Source: Hypanus sabinus (taxonomy: Eukaryota). Taken from it: a DNA stretch of 64,000 nt. Each line of letters begins with the position of its first letter. The stretch's first letter is position 1. Location of the stretch: positions 27,156,001 to 27,220,000 of the forward strand of contig NC_082706.1 of assembly GCF_030144855.1 (NCBI RefSeq). The letters are read 5' to 3'. The notes under the pieces are model-generated. The model was not told the DNA's origin. It made no database searches and saw only the letters and a program-made list of their open reading frames with translations. A program made the position numbers and the translations under genes. Positions 40,305-53,400 of the stretch are shown in pieces.

Positions 40305-40723
40305 AAGTTACGTGTCTAAGGAAATTACATACTATAAAGACCCTTGTGAACAAATGAAGAACACTTGCGAGATAAGCGATGAGTCCCGACAGCTTCAACG
40401 TCAGAACAGAAACTAATGTGCTGAGCTCTGCAAGATAGTATTACTTGTAACTGCTCCTTTCATCTAAGATCTTTTTTCAGTAAGGAGCAACATATTGGTA
40501 GTGTGCTAATATTTTCATACAATGACACGATATATTTCATTAAATCTACTGATACTATGCTGAGTTTTATAAAATGTCGCGATTGTAACAGGAGAGGAGA
40601 GTCGGGAGTTGGTGGAGACTAGCTCGTCGCTCGACTTCGTATCTAGTAAAATAATGATCCAGAAACGAGACTCCGGAGTCGGGCATTTTTACACTTGATG
40701 AAAGGCAAATTTCTGCGTCAATT

Positions 40724-40741
40724 TGGCGTAGTCGGCAGGAT
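40724..40741 (+). promoter_or_regulatory. ERV primer-binding site (tRNA-Ser type)
   Basis: TGGCGTAGTCGGCAGGAT, 3 nt after the LTR-terminal CA. Confidence 0.8.
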
Positions 40742-43700
40742 CCCGGCGTAACGGGATGCGAACGGGGGGACTGCTGGAGAAAATCCTCCGTAGAAAAGGA
40801 AAGCGGTCGTATTAGCTCTCTCAAAGCGCACAAAAAATTGCGAATCTTGTGCTGTGTGATAGGCTCATTTGTTCCAGCGTCAATCAGAAGTGCTGGGACC
40901 AAACATTCATCATTGGCAATTGAGTAAATTGGGAAGAAGTGAGAGAAGTGGCAGTACCGATTAAGCTGTAGGCACCTAACTTTAGGAATAAAGCGTCCCT
41001 CTGCCCACTAAGAAAGGAAAAAAGACCCCATAAGTATAATCCCCTGTCCTCCCAACTGGCTCTAGGACTGTATCCCAGGTTGTCCAGAGCTTTCCTGTGT
41101 TCCCCCAGGGGACACAGCAGATTGGAATCAGATGGCCACGGCCTTTGGCCGAGGACAGAGGCGGAACCAAACAGAAAGCAGCGGCCGCAGCGGCTGCAGG
41201 AGGCACGAGGGCTGCCGAAGTTGAGACCGAAATGAGCAGCACCACAGGTGCTGCGGGAGGCCACGGGTGCTGACAGGTGACACGCGGGTGGAAAGAGAAA
41301 GCAGAAGATGATGGACCAAAGCCATAATTCAGCCCTCAAAATTTCTGATATGTGAAGTTCCTGTTTAAAATCCATGGAACCCACCTGAAGTACAGGCGGT
41401 GGTTACAGTGTCATCTGCCCCTTTAAATAAGTTAACGCCTTTACTATTGCTTTTTTTTTTCCAGATGAGCACTATGTACTCTCCCCTCCCCGGGGGATGG
41501 GCAGATGCTATTAAAATGTACCGATGGGTTCCGCTAGCCTTCGCTAAAGGAGACTTTAGTGATTCCCCGGGTGGAAAGAGAAGACGAGACAGGATGCCAC
41601 GGTGCCTAGTAATAAGACAATGACACACTGTTTGGAGAAGGGAGGGAAAATCCTATAATGGCTGCAAGCACGGGCACATAGCGATATAGCAGAGGTGGCA
41701 CGGTGCATGCAGAAAAAGGCTGAACCGATTCCAGATTTTATCGCAACGTATAAGCTGAAGTGGGAAGAGAGTGCAGGATACCCATTTAGGGAAATGGCTC
41801 TTCGGCGATTCAGACTTCGTTGGACTGCATTTGGCCACAGCAAGCCCATGTATATCTAATTAACTGAATCTGAACTGGTTGCAGTAAATTACAGCTGTGT
41901 GCAATATCAATCGGCAGTGACTTCTTTCTAAGAAAACAGAAGTCAAGTAAAGAAAATGCCAGTCGGCTAGTACTTCCAGGGCGAAGTGCGCGCAACTCAT
42001 GTGGGGGGGCTTGGAAGAGAAAACTATTCGAGGTTCCGAAGAAATCCTCGTGCTTCCCCAAGTGACCAATGCTATAGTAGTGGTGAGAAGGAGCACTGGG
42101 CCCTAATTGTGCAACTACATGCCGATATTTTAGAAAAGTAGGTCATTTGTCGAAAACTCTCGGTTCGCCTCCTCTCCGTCGCTCTGCTCGGGCTTCAGAA
42201 GGTCAAGAGTTGCTCACTTTCTCTTTTACTCATCCCTCAGCAATAGGGATGCTGGGGAGAACTGGTGGTCTGGAAACTGATGTTAGGCTGTCCAGAAGAA
42301 TGAGAGAAGAGCCGATAATAGTTGTAAAAATAGGAGATGTTGAGGTAGTTTATCTCATGGATCCTGGTGTTACTTTATCTTCTGTGTCCCACTCCATAAG
42401 CTAATGGACAATTGATAAGCATCACCAGTAAGCCGGTGTGTCGATAACGGAACCCCTTTCGGCACTCTCCTCGCTAACAACAGATTATTTGGATGTTATT
42501 GATGCCTTTATAATTTCCAAAATATGCCAAATCCCCTTGTGAGGCAGACAGACTCTGTAAGTTATGTGCGACCGCATACTTCGACCTTTTGGCATTCAAA
42601 TTGATCTCCTGCAAATTGGGTCCCACAGATGTTAAAGCTCACGAGAAGTGTGGATAATTGTCATGATTCCCCTCTATTATACGGCTGGCAACTGGATTAC
42701 AACAGTTACTCCCGGCTCGGGAAATAACTATGCACAGCCCTGGGGGATACCCCTGAGTTGCAAGGACAAGTTTTGCAATACATCCTGGAAACCAGATGGG
42801 AAAGCAAGGTGCTTCAAAACACCCCTTTCTCCGAGCAGGGCGCAGAATCCACGATTGGTGAGCATACCGCACCTTATGTTGGAGACACGGAGACCTTGAG
42901 AACTGGGCGCCTTATTTACTTCGGATCCGAAGGGCTGGGATTAGCAGTGGAACTAAACAACCACTGGGGCTTTCTCACAGGAGACCGCCAGAAACAACTC
43001 ACAGTGGCCGGAAGAACCCCACCCCACACTAACCCAAAGCACAGTCTATCACAAATTTCGCGCCCAGCTCATACAATTTTTGTTCTAATTCCGGTGCAGC
43101 CACGTTCACCATCGAGTTCCTGGACGGGCAGACAGGAAGTATTACCGTAAGACCTATGATTTTAAAGAACTTATTTCAGCGTCAGTGCCCGCCCCAGCCA
43201 GGCAGGTCCACTCCTTTACCTGAAAGCTCTTGCCGGCATTAACAAGGGACTGCTCCTACACAAGAACCATCTCGCTATGGTGCACAGGAAACCAGAACAT
43301 CAGGTAACCCTCAGGAAGTGATCCCTCTTCTCTGCGTGCAACAAGCTCAGACAGCGGAAGGCATCCGACTGGTAGTACATTATCTCCTGCAACCGGCTGT
43401 TTTGAATAAGACTCAAAGTCTCCGTGACACAACCATCCTTCCGATTTCAAACAAAGGAATGAACAAAGAATGGCTAGTAGTTTTGGACGTAATAGCAATA
43501 AATAAGATCACTATCCCCATTGCTACACTGGTCCACGATAGGATCATTATCCTCGCTTCTATACCTGCTGCTGCCAGTATCTTCACCATCATAGACATAT
43601 GTTCAGCAGTTTTCTCTATACCTCTCAATGCTGACTGCCTGTGTCTATACTCCCTCAACCACAAGAATCAGCAGGACACTTGGACCCGATTCCCTTAAGA

Positions 43701-45498
43701 ATACAGGGAAAGCCCAGCAGTGTATCCGGAAGCCGTAAAGCATGACTTGGATGAGAGCCCCTCGTCCGATATTTCCACCCTTTTCCAATATGCTGAAGAT
43801 ATCCTGATAGATTCGGACACGGGCCCTCACTGCCTAGCTGATACAATTAAAGTGTTACAGAATCTGTCTGACATGATGCACATGTTTTCCCTGGAAAAGT
43901 TGCAGTGTTGACAGAACAGCGTGCAATACCCTGGGTTCTAGCTGACGGAGGGAATGAGAGGACGCAGAAACACCGTATATTAACAATCTAGCACTTCCCG
44001 ATACCAAAGACAAGTAAGGAAATCCTTTCCTTACTGTGAATCGTTGTGACTGTCGACAGTGGATACCGGAATATAGAGAAATGGATGCTGTACTCCGCAT
44101 AGCTACCCTGCAGAATCAGCCAACAACTGCGCAATGGATTGACGAAACGGATTGGACGTAGACAGGCCTAAAAGATTACCTTCGTGAGGCGCCAGCCCAG
44201 AGCTTACCTGACTATGAGAAGCCTTTCCTGCTGTAGGATGACGAGGGCAAGGATTCGCTGCCAGAGTGATGTGCCAAAAATACGGGGGTGGCAAACGAAT
44301 AAGGGCCTATTACCCCGCCTCCATACCTGTTGTACTGAAGGGTATACCCTTCTACCTGCGAGCGGTGGCAGCTACAGGGTGATCGTCCAAAAATCCATCC
44401 CCGTAGCGCTTTATCAGCTCTGCGTTGAGTTGGTACACAATACAGTGACTGAGCTTCTCAATTCACCCACACCAAGCATTTTACGTTCTCCCGCAGGACC
44501 GGCTATGAGGTAATCCACTAGTCGTGATCTAACTATACCTACCAACGATCGACTGCCGGAAACTCTGCGACCTTTGTGACACCAGCTCCCGCTCAATAAC
44601 TGGATGAAGATTATGATTGTGTGGCCGGTGTATAAGCTACGACCTCCGAGATATCTGACCTCCGCAGCGAACCTTTGGATAACTCAGACCTTATCCTGTA
44701 GACCGATAACTCTTCCCTCCCACCATCGATGATCTACTGTTGACCGGATAAGCTGTTGTGACGTCCCATGAAGATGTAGAAGCGTCTCCACAGCCAGCGG
44801 AAATTTTCGGTCTCAGTCGGGCGTGTGTATTAACCTCGGGTAAGACTGCGAACATTTACACTGTTTCCCCTCATGCATTTAGCCCACGATTTTGGACAGC
44901 TCTGCAAGAACAGAGGATTCATTACCTCCTCCGGAAAAAAAAAAGTATTCTCGACTTGCTATTAACTTGTTAACCATCCAGTTGCCGCATAATTGAATGT
45001 GAGGCTCATACTTTTGCATGAGACGTGGTCACCAAAGGAAATCATTTCGCTGACACAACAGCAAAGCAGGTGGCGCTCTAGCAGCATCCGATAATACAGG
45101 ACCCCCGGGAGGAAAAAGGGGACGAAGAAGCTACTCATTGCCATCAATATCGACAGATTGCGGCAAGCACAATAACTTGCCCCGCCGCAACAACAGTACG
45201 CGTAGAGGTAAACTGCTTTCAGCCTGTGGGCAGGCTTTTGTTGCCACCCAGATGAGGCGTGTTGATTGACACCGGAGCTCATTTCTGCCTCTGGCTCACC
45301 AGGCCAGGCTCACATGGGCAAAGGAGGAATTCAGCATTGGATAAATCAGTAATGGTATGCCCCTATGATAACTGTCACAATCGAAAGGATACCACAGACA
45401 TGTTTGATATGACAGCAGAAGAATAAAGGGAAGACTCCGGCAAGGTATGATCACTCTCCCAGCCAGTAATGCCGTTCCAAAATTTGTAAATAGACTTT

Positions 45499-48400
45499 GA
45501 CAATAGACGATAGATAATAGACAATAGTTGCAGAAGTAGACCTTTCGGGCCCTCGAGCCTGCACTGCCATTTTGAGATCATGGCTGATCAATTACAATCA
45601 ACACCTGGTTCCTGCCTTGTCCGCATATCCCTTGATTCCCCTATCCATAAGATACCTATCTAGCTCCTTCTTGAAAGCATCCAGAGAATTGGCCTCCACT
45701 ACCTTCCGAAGCAGTGCATTCCAGAAACCCACAACTCTCTGGGAGAAGAAGTTTTTCCTTAACTCTGTCCTAAATGAGCTACCCCTTATTCTCAAACCAT
45801 GCCCTCTGGTACTGGACTCTCCCAGCACCTGGAACATATTTCCTGCATCTATCTTGTCCAAACCCTTTATAATCTTATATGCTTCAATCAGATCCCCTCT
45901 CAATCTCCTTAATTCCAGCGTGTACAAGCCCAGTCTCTCTAACCTCTCAGCGTAAGACAGTCCAGACATCCCAGGAATTAACCTCGTGAATCTACGCTGC
46001 ACTTGCTCTGCAGCCAGGATATCCTTCCTTAACCCTGGAGACCAAAACTGTACACAATACTCCAGGCGTAGTCTGACCAGGGCTCTGTACAAATGCATTA
46101 GGATTTCCTTGCTCTTGTACTCAATTCCCTTTGTAATAAAGACCAACATTCCATTAGCCTTCTATCCTGCCTGCTGCACTTGCTCATTCACCTTCAGTGA
46201 CTGATGAACAAGGACTCGGAGATCTCTTTGTATTTCTTCCTTTCCCAACCCTACACCGTTCAGAAAATAATCTGCCTTCCTGTTCTTACTCCCAATGTGG
46301 ATAACCTCACACTTATTCATATTAAACGCCACCTGCCAAGTATCTACTCACTCAACCAGCCTATCCAATTCAACCTGAATTCTCCTAACATCCTCATCAC
46401 ATGTCACACTGCCACCCAGCTTAGTATCATCAGCAAATTTGCTGATGTTATTTTCTATGCCTTCATCCAGATCGTTAACGTAAATGGTAAACAGCTGTGG
46501 TCTTAATACCGAGCCCTTTGGCACCCCTATAGTCACCACCTGCCTTTGCGAGAAACACCCATTCACCGCTACCCTTTGCTTTCTATCTGCCAACCAATTT
46601 TCTATCCATGTCAATGCCTTCCCCCCGATGCCCTGAGCTTTGATTTTACCCACCAATCTTCTATGTGGGACCTTATCAAATTCCTTCTGAAAATCGAGGT
46701 ACACTACATCCACCGGATCTCCCCCGTCCAACTTCCTGGTAACATCCTCGAAAAACTCCAACGGATTAGTCAAGCATGATTTACCCTTGGTAAATCCATG
46801 CTGGCTCGGCCAAATCCTATCACTGTCATCTAGATATGCCACTATTTCATCCTTAATAAATGAGATAATATTAGCCATTCTCCAATCCTCAGGAAATGGT
46901 CCTGAATCTAAGGAACATTGGAGAATGATTACAAATGCATCCGCAATTTCCTGGGCCACCTCCTTTAGTACCCTAGGTTGCAGACCATCTGGACCTGGGG
47001 ATTTGTCAGCCTTCAGTCCCATCAGTCTTCTCATCACCGTTTCCTTCCGAATGACAATCTATTTCATTTCCTCTGTTACCCTATGTCCTTGGCCCATCCA
47101 TTGCTTGTGTCTTCCTTCGTGAAAACAGATCTAAATTACTCATTAAATTCTTCTGCCATTTCTCTGTTTCCCTTAACAATTTCACCCAATTCATTCTTCA
47201 AGGGCCCAACATTGTTCTTAACTATCTTCTTTCTCTTCACATACCTAAAAAAAAAGCTTTTGCTATCTCCCTTTATATTCCTGGCTAGCTTGCGTTCTCA
47301 TGTTTTCTCCCCGTATTGTCTTTTTAGTTAAGTTCTGTTGTTCCTTAAAAACTTCCCAATCATCTATCCTCCCACTCACCTTGGCTCTGTCATATTTCCT
47401 TTTTTTTAATGCTATGCAATCTCTGACTTCCTTTGTCAACCACAGTGGCCCGTTTCCCCCCTTTGAATCCTTCCTTCTCTGGGGGATGAACTAATTTTGC
47501 ACCTTGTGCATTATTCCCAAGAATACCTGCCATTGCTGTTCCACTGTCTTTTCTGCTAGGCTATCCGTCCAGTCAACTTTGGCCAGCTCCTTCCTCATGG
47601 CTCCATAGTTTCCCCTGTTCATGTGCCCTTGTCCTTCGAGGGTCACCTCCGATCTGCTCTTATCCTTCTCAAATTGCAGATAAAAGCTTATCATATTATG
47701 ATCACTACCTCCTAATGGCTCCTTTAATGCAAGTTCGCTTATCAAATTCTGTTCATTACGGAACACTAAATCCAGAATAGTCTTGTCCCTGGTCGGCTCT
47801 CGTACAAGCTGTTCCAAGAATGCATCCTCTAGGCACTCTACAAACTCCCTATCCTGTGCTCCAGCACCAACCTGATTCTCCCAGTTCACCTGCATGTTGA
47901 AATCCCCCATAACTACTGCGACATTATCTTTGCCACATGCCAATGTTAACTCCCTATTCAACTTGCACCCAATATCCATGCTACTGTTTGGTGGCCTGCA
48001 GACAACACCCACTTGGGTCCTTTTGCCCTTACTGTTCCTCAGTTCTATCCACACAGACTCTACTTCTCCTGACCCTATGTCCCACCCCTCGCAAAGGATT
48101 GAATCTCATTCCTCACCAACAGGGACACCCCATCCCATCTGCCCACATTACTGTCCCTACGATAGCACGTATACCCTTGTGCATTCATTTCCCAGGTCTG
48201 ATCTCCCTGCAGCCATGTCTCCTTTATCCCAACAACATCATAGTTACCCATTAGCACCTGGGCTTCAAGCTCTTCCGCCTTATTTCAGACACTTCGTGCA
48301 TTCAGATATAGAATTTTTAACCCATTTCCCCTCTCTCTGTTTGAATCGCTGCCTATTGTGCTTAACCCAGCTCCCCGAACTCCCATCGGGCTATACGCCC

Positions 48401-49895
48401 CTTGGATTTTGTTGTCCTTCCTAAATTTACTTATTCTTTCAACACATTTAACTCCATGTTTCGTCAGACCATCCCTCTGTCCATGAGTCCTCCTTATCAC
48501 TTGTTCCGCCCCACCTTCCTCTACTACACACTTAATATTCCGGAACCGTGTAGTCCCCACCTGTCCTTTATTCTTCCACTCGCTATCCTCTCTCACATTC
48601 CGGATCCCCGCCCCCTGCAAATTTAATTTAACCCCCCCCCCCCCCAAGAAGCACTAGCAAACTTCCCTGCAAGGATGTTAGTACCGCTGCAGTTCAGGTG
48701 TAAACCGTCCCTTCGGAACAGATCCCACCTTCCCTCGAACAAAGCCCAATTATCTACAAACCAGAAGCCCTCCCTCCTGCACCATCCTCTCAGCCACGTA
48801 TTAATCTTTATAATCTTCTGTTCCTTGCCTCACTCGCACGTGGCACAGGTAGCAATCCTGAGGTTGTTACCCTGGATGTCCTGCTCTTCAGCTTCGCACC
48901 TAACTCCCTGAAATCCTTACGCAGGACCCCCTCACTCATCCTACCCACGTCTTTGGTCCCTACATGGACCACAACATCTGGATTCTTGCACTCCCTCTCG
49001 AGAATATCCTGCACCCGATCTGATATGTCTCGGATCCTGGCACCAGGGAAGCAACATACCATCCGAGACTCCCGATGTTCCCCACAAAATCTTCTATCCG
49101 CCCCCCTAACTACAGAATCCCCTATCAATACCGCTCTCTTCTCTCCCCTACTCCCCTTCCTAGTCAAGAGTCCAACCTCAGTGCCAGTGACATGACCACT
49201 GCAGCTTGTTCCTGGTAGGTCATCCCCACCAACAGTATCCAAAACTGTATAATTATTTTTGATGGTAACGGCCACAGGAGAGCTCTTATCTCTCTGTCTG
49301 CTCCCCTTGCCTCTCTTGACTGTCACCCATTTGCATACCTCCCGTCTTTTCCGTGTGACTGCCTCCCGATAACTCTTATCTATCTCTGCCTCTGCCTCCC
49401 GAATGATCCGTTGTTCATCCAGCTCCTGCTCCAATTCCCTAACCCGGTCTGATAGGAGCTGCAGCTGGATGCACCTATTGCAGGTGTGGTCATCAGGAAC
49501 AACTCTGTTGGCCCTGACCTCCCACATACTGCATACGGAGCACACCACAGCTCTAAATGTCTCCCCCATTACCTGATCCTAGAATAATCAGAATAAATGA
49601 AAAACAGGTTTCTTGTCGAAGTCCTCTTGCGCCGAAGCCCGCTGAGCCAAAGCCCATCACTCTGCTCCCATGCACTCCGCTGCCCGCTCCTGAAAGTGGG
49701 TCGCTTTTTACAGACCGCGCTCGCCGCTGACGTCACCCGCGCTTGCGCAGCTTTACCTTCCTCCTCAGGTATTCTCCAGGCAGGTCCGAGGGTCTCGGCC
49801 TACCTACAACGGCTGATCGTCCGATCTCCAGTCGTATGTCGATCACGAGCACTCCTTACTCCCGCTGCGCTGCTCGCACCGACGCTCGCACTCCG
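45499..49895 (-). mobile_element. Near full-length CR1 LINE inserted in the ERV integrase
   Basis: 5'UTR, ORF1, APE, RT (central deletion) and (CTATTGT)n tail. Confidence 0.95.
48808..49569 (-). CDS. CR1 ORF1: Zn finger, coiled coil, SGNH/GDSL esterase (C-terminus frameshifted)
   Basis: CSVC..CNRC; LIGDSVVRG; CFPGA; VHVGTKDV. Confidence 0.88.
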   Translation of the reverse strand: MGETFRAVVCSVCSMWEVRANRVVPDDHTCNRCIQLQLLSDRVRELEQELDEQRIIREAEAEIDKSYREAVTRKRREVCKWVTVKRGKGSRQRDKSSPVAVTIKNNYTVLDTVGGDDLPGTSCSGHVTGTEVGLLTRKGSRGEKRAVLIGDSVVRGADRRFCGEHRESRMVCCFPGARIRDISDRVQDILERECKNPDVVVHVGTKDVGRMSEGVLRKDFRELGAKLKSRTSRVTTSGLLPVPRASEARNRRL

Positions 49896-51639
49896 CAGAT
49901 GCCAGTGGAAAAAGGTGATAGCTACGTTCCCCCTGTGGGTGTAGACATATTAGATCAGAATCGATGCGGCAAGCACAGTAGTGAATGCCCTAATGAAGGA
50001 AATCATACCAAGATTTGGAATTCCATTGTGGATTAATAATGACAGAGGGACTCACTTTACTAACAGATCAGTGCAAGGGCTGAAAGCCGCCTTGGGATTT
50101 CAGTGGAAGTAACATATCCCCTGTCAACCACAATCACCGAGAATGGTGAAAGTGTAAGCGGAAAAATAAAATAAAAAATGCGCTAGGCTAAGTGTGTCAC
50201 CAGAATGACTTTTGATCGAGAACGATTGAAAACCCCTAAAATATGCACAACCACTGTGTCAGGAGATGGAAAAGCTGTATACCAAATGAGAGAAGCCCAA
50301 AGTTCCCTGACTCTGGCCCCATGTATGTTTGATGTACTCCAGGAAGGCCTGGAATCTTTAGAGAATTGGAGGAGGAAGAGGATAGTAGTGACAGCTTAGA
50401 TGAGGAGGAATGTCTGAAAATTTGTCCTTTTCATGAATGTTATGAGGCCCACATTCCAGAGATAGTCTCAATGAGCTAATATGAATGTGAATTGGGAAAA
50501 CAGTGTTAGTGTTGATCTGGAAGATCAATGATGAGGGATTTGTGGAGGAAAAGGTTTAATAAGCTACCGGACTATGCGCATTGGATATTTTAACGCCAGG
50601 ACTCTTGTGTGAAAATAGGGAACAGTACGTCCTAACTGTTGCGAGATAAGGTATGAGGCTAACCTGCTTCCGCCACAGAAACAAAAACTAATGTGCTGAG
50701 CTCGGCAAGATAGCTTTAGTTGTAACTGCTCCTTTCACTCTGAGTTATTTTCAGTGAACAGTAACATAATGTTAGTGTGGTAATATTTCTGTACAAGTAT
50801 TGAATATAATATAGTAAGAATGCTGATACTATGTGGAACTATAGAAAAGGACGCCATTGTAACAGGACAGCAGGATCGGGAGCTGCTGTAGACTAGCTCA
50901 CTCTCTCATTGGCACTAAGTAAAATAAATGTCCCGAAACGAGACGTCGGATGCGAGCATTGTTTTTTTCGGCTGACTAAGTTCAAATTCCACTACAATGG
51001 GGAATCAACAAATGAACAATAAATACGTTGCATCGTTCTTTACTGTATAAGACACTAACAGTACGCCACAGGTCTGAGAATGTCAGGGAGCAGGGGTAAC
51101 TGCCTTCGCTGTTGCAAAGCGAAAGTTGACAGGCAATCTGAAAAAGTATTCAGGTGGATAAGTCACCTGGACCAAATGAACTACATTCAGAAGTTGAGAA
51201 AATGATTGGTGAAGATATAGCTGTTGGCTTGGTTATGATCTTTCAAGAATTATTTGATTCTAGAATGATTCTGTCGACTGGAAAATTGCAATTTTCACCC
51301 AACGCTTAACACTTTAAGTAGGGAGGATGGGAAAAGAAAGGCAATTTTAGGCCAGTTAGCCCACTATCAGCGGTGGGAAATTGTTCGAATCCATTAATAA
51401 CGATCATGTTTTTTGGTACTTGGAGAGTAATGATAAAAGTAAACAAATTCAGTATGATATCTGTCAAGAGATTTTTCGCCTGACAAAATGTCCAGAGATT
51501 TTCGACGAAGTAACAAGCAGGCAAAGGAGGCAGTGGTTGACATTCACTTGGATTTTCAGAAGGCATTTGGACTGGTGACACGCATCAAGCTGCATAACAA
51601 GATAAAATCCCATGGCGTTACAGGAAACACACCAGCCAG

Positions 51640-51755
51640 AAACTTCGACTATACTTGTTTTTCTCCATGGTGCTGATTAGCCTGCGCAGTTCCTCCACCA
51701 TTTCCTGTGGGTTGCTTGAATTTCCAGCTACTGCTGATTTTCTCTTGTTTGTGGT
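51640..51755 (-). mobile_element. Penelope-derived terminal fragment
   Basis: Similar to the terminal repeat at 8935-9053. Confidence 0.6.
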
Positions 51756-51869
51756 GAGAAGAAAATATTTGTTAATGGACAGCGAGATGATTGCCCCCTT
51801 GATGCTGGCATACACCCTGTTGGGTGCTGTTTTGCAGATTAATCGTTTTGTGGCTTATTTGCAGCACTG

Positions 51870-52095
51870 TGACTCAGAAGTACTTGGAAGAGTGCAGCAT
51901 GCATTCGCAACAGTAATGCTTGAGTAGTTCAGTGATACACTGAGGTTGCAAAGGTAAGCTTGGAAAATACCACGTCAAACTTCCATCGCCCTTCTCTTTG
52001 GATGCAATCACAGTTACAAAAACCAGAAGTACACTATGAATGTTAAAGTCCATTTCCAACCTTCAGAGTGAGGAATCGGGTAACAGAAGAATTCT
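51870..52095 (-). pseudogene. FN3-like exon remnant
   Basis: SVTRFLTLKVG...QAYLCNLSVSLNYSSITVA, matching the FN3 E/F-strand pattern L.NL....NY.ITV. Confidence 0.5.
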
Positions 52096-52199
52096 CTCAA
52101 ATACATAATTATTTTTACTTACACAATTATTCTGCCTTACTTTGAGAATAGGGATCTATTGATTTCAGAAGAATTGGGGCATATTTTAATATAACGTTT

Positions 52200-52920
52200 A
52201 TTCAAAAGAGGGAAAACGTAGACCAGACCACGTTGCGAGCTGCTTTCCGAAGTCTTCTACAAGACCCAAAACTGTCTTCTTGTGGTTACCTATGGAACAG
52301 CTATATTACCGCATTAACAGACTAGCTACAGATCTTAAAATATATTTTCGGTCATTCTCCAAAACGTGAACATTTGCCAAATGATTGTTTTTAAACTGTG
52401 ATTGTCTCAGCGTTAGATGTTACAGTGAGTGAGCCTATTACATCAACATGACATGTTTCAGTTAGGCATGCGGGATTTTCGGAAGTCTTACGGAGACTAT
52501 TGAATTAATTACTCCACTTCTTGGGGTGGTTTATGTTGAGGGTGAATCCGAACATGGTTTACATTCTGAAAAAAAAGTGAATTAAAGATTTGAAACTGCT
52601 TGGACAGTTTGTTTGGATAAGAGTTCATAATGGATGTGCACGAATATATGAAACCTCAATGTTAACAGATTTCAAATTCTGCTTTTGGGTTTCATCCACT
52701 TACATTTATTCTCTGTTTGGTTATCAAGCCCGTTGCGGAGGGTGGAGGGGTAATTGTCATTATTTTTACCAAATGTTAGAGTTAGTTTTCCCTTTGTTAT
52801 CCGCACACTTACGCGTATACACTGATTGTCATTGGATCATGTCTGGACAATTTTGTTGAATATCCTCGGGACTCTTTCCAATGTCCCAATAATAACGCAG
52901 CAGTAAAATGACATATCTAC
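52200..52920 (-). pseudogene. VWA module B, two exon remnants (~52920-52704, 52565-~52200)
   Basis: DMSFY..IIGTLERVPRIFNKIVQT*SNDNQCIRVSVRITKGKLTLTFGKN..LRNGLDN ends at GTAAGT. Acceptor (t)9cag, then ...RLPKIPHA*LKHVMLM...KYILRSVAS...VLGLVEDFGKQLA. Confidence 0.65.
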
Positions 52921-52939
52921 CGTCGTATAGATGAATAAA

Positions 52940-53400
52940 CACAAAAGATTCTACAATTATTGAAAATCCGGAGCAAATCACACAAACCTCCAGAAGAATT
53001 CAGCAGGTCAGACGGAATTTATGGTACTAAGTAAACCGTCAGTAATTCTGTTTTTGACTCTTCTTTAGCAATCAAGAGCAATACGCCAGAATAAGAAGTG
53101 TGGGTTTGGGAAGGAAGACCACCTAGACGGTGGCGTGTGAATCCAAGAGATGGGAAAGTTAATAGAGCTAGAGCAGAATCAATCTGAAAAAGGGAAGAAA
53201 GAGTGGCACGAAAGAGAGTTTATGGGCAGGTGAGGAGATAGGTCAAGAAGCCAGAGTGAGCAATAGAAGAATAGATAATGGAATAGGAATTAAATACCGT
53301 AATACGAAATCGATGATCATGCCATCAGATTCGGGGCAACATAGGCAGAATATGCTCCTCCAACAGAATGTCAATTGATCGTGGCCAAAGAAGAGACAGT
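52940..53400. mobile_element. Penelope-like 3' fragment
   Basis: Terminal repeat, purine-rich tract and decayed GIY-YIG tail, as at 8930-9610. Confidence 0.55.

Larger units (their letters stand above)
35451..50996 (+). mobile_element. Endogenous retrovirus, class I epsilon-like, decayed, env-less. 5' LTR 35451-35474 plus ~40305-40720; 3' LTR 50541-50996
   Basis: Matching LTRs (tgtgga..taataagc; ttgcgagataag; aactaatgtgctgagctc). Gag ~40900-42120, PR YLMDPGVTLS, RT FTIIDICSAVFSIPL..TWTRFP..QYAEDILI, RNase H, and an integrase split by CR1. Confidence 0.88.
35240..51640 (+). mobile_element. Old CR1 split by the ERV (35240-35450 and 50997-51640)
   Basis: KMKYEGQLANAIKQDKK on the left; CR1 ORF2 resumes after the 3' LTR (KSPGP, LDFQKAF). 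Confidence 0.7.
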
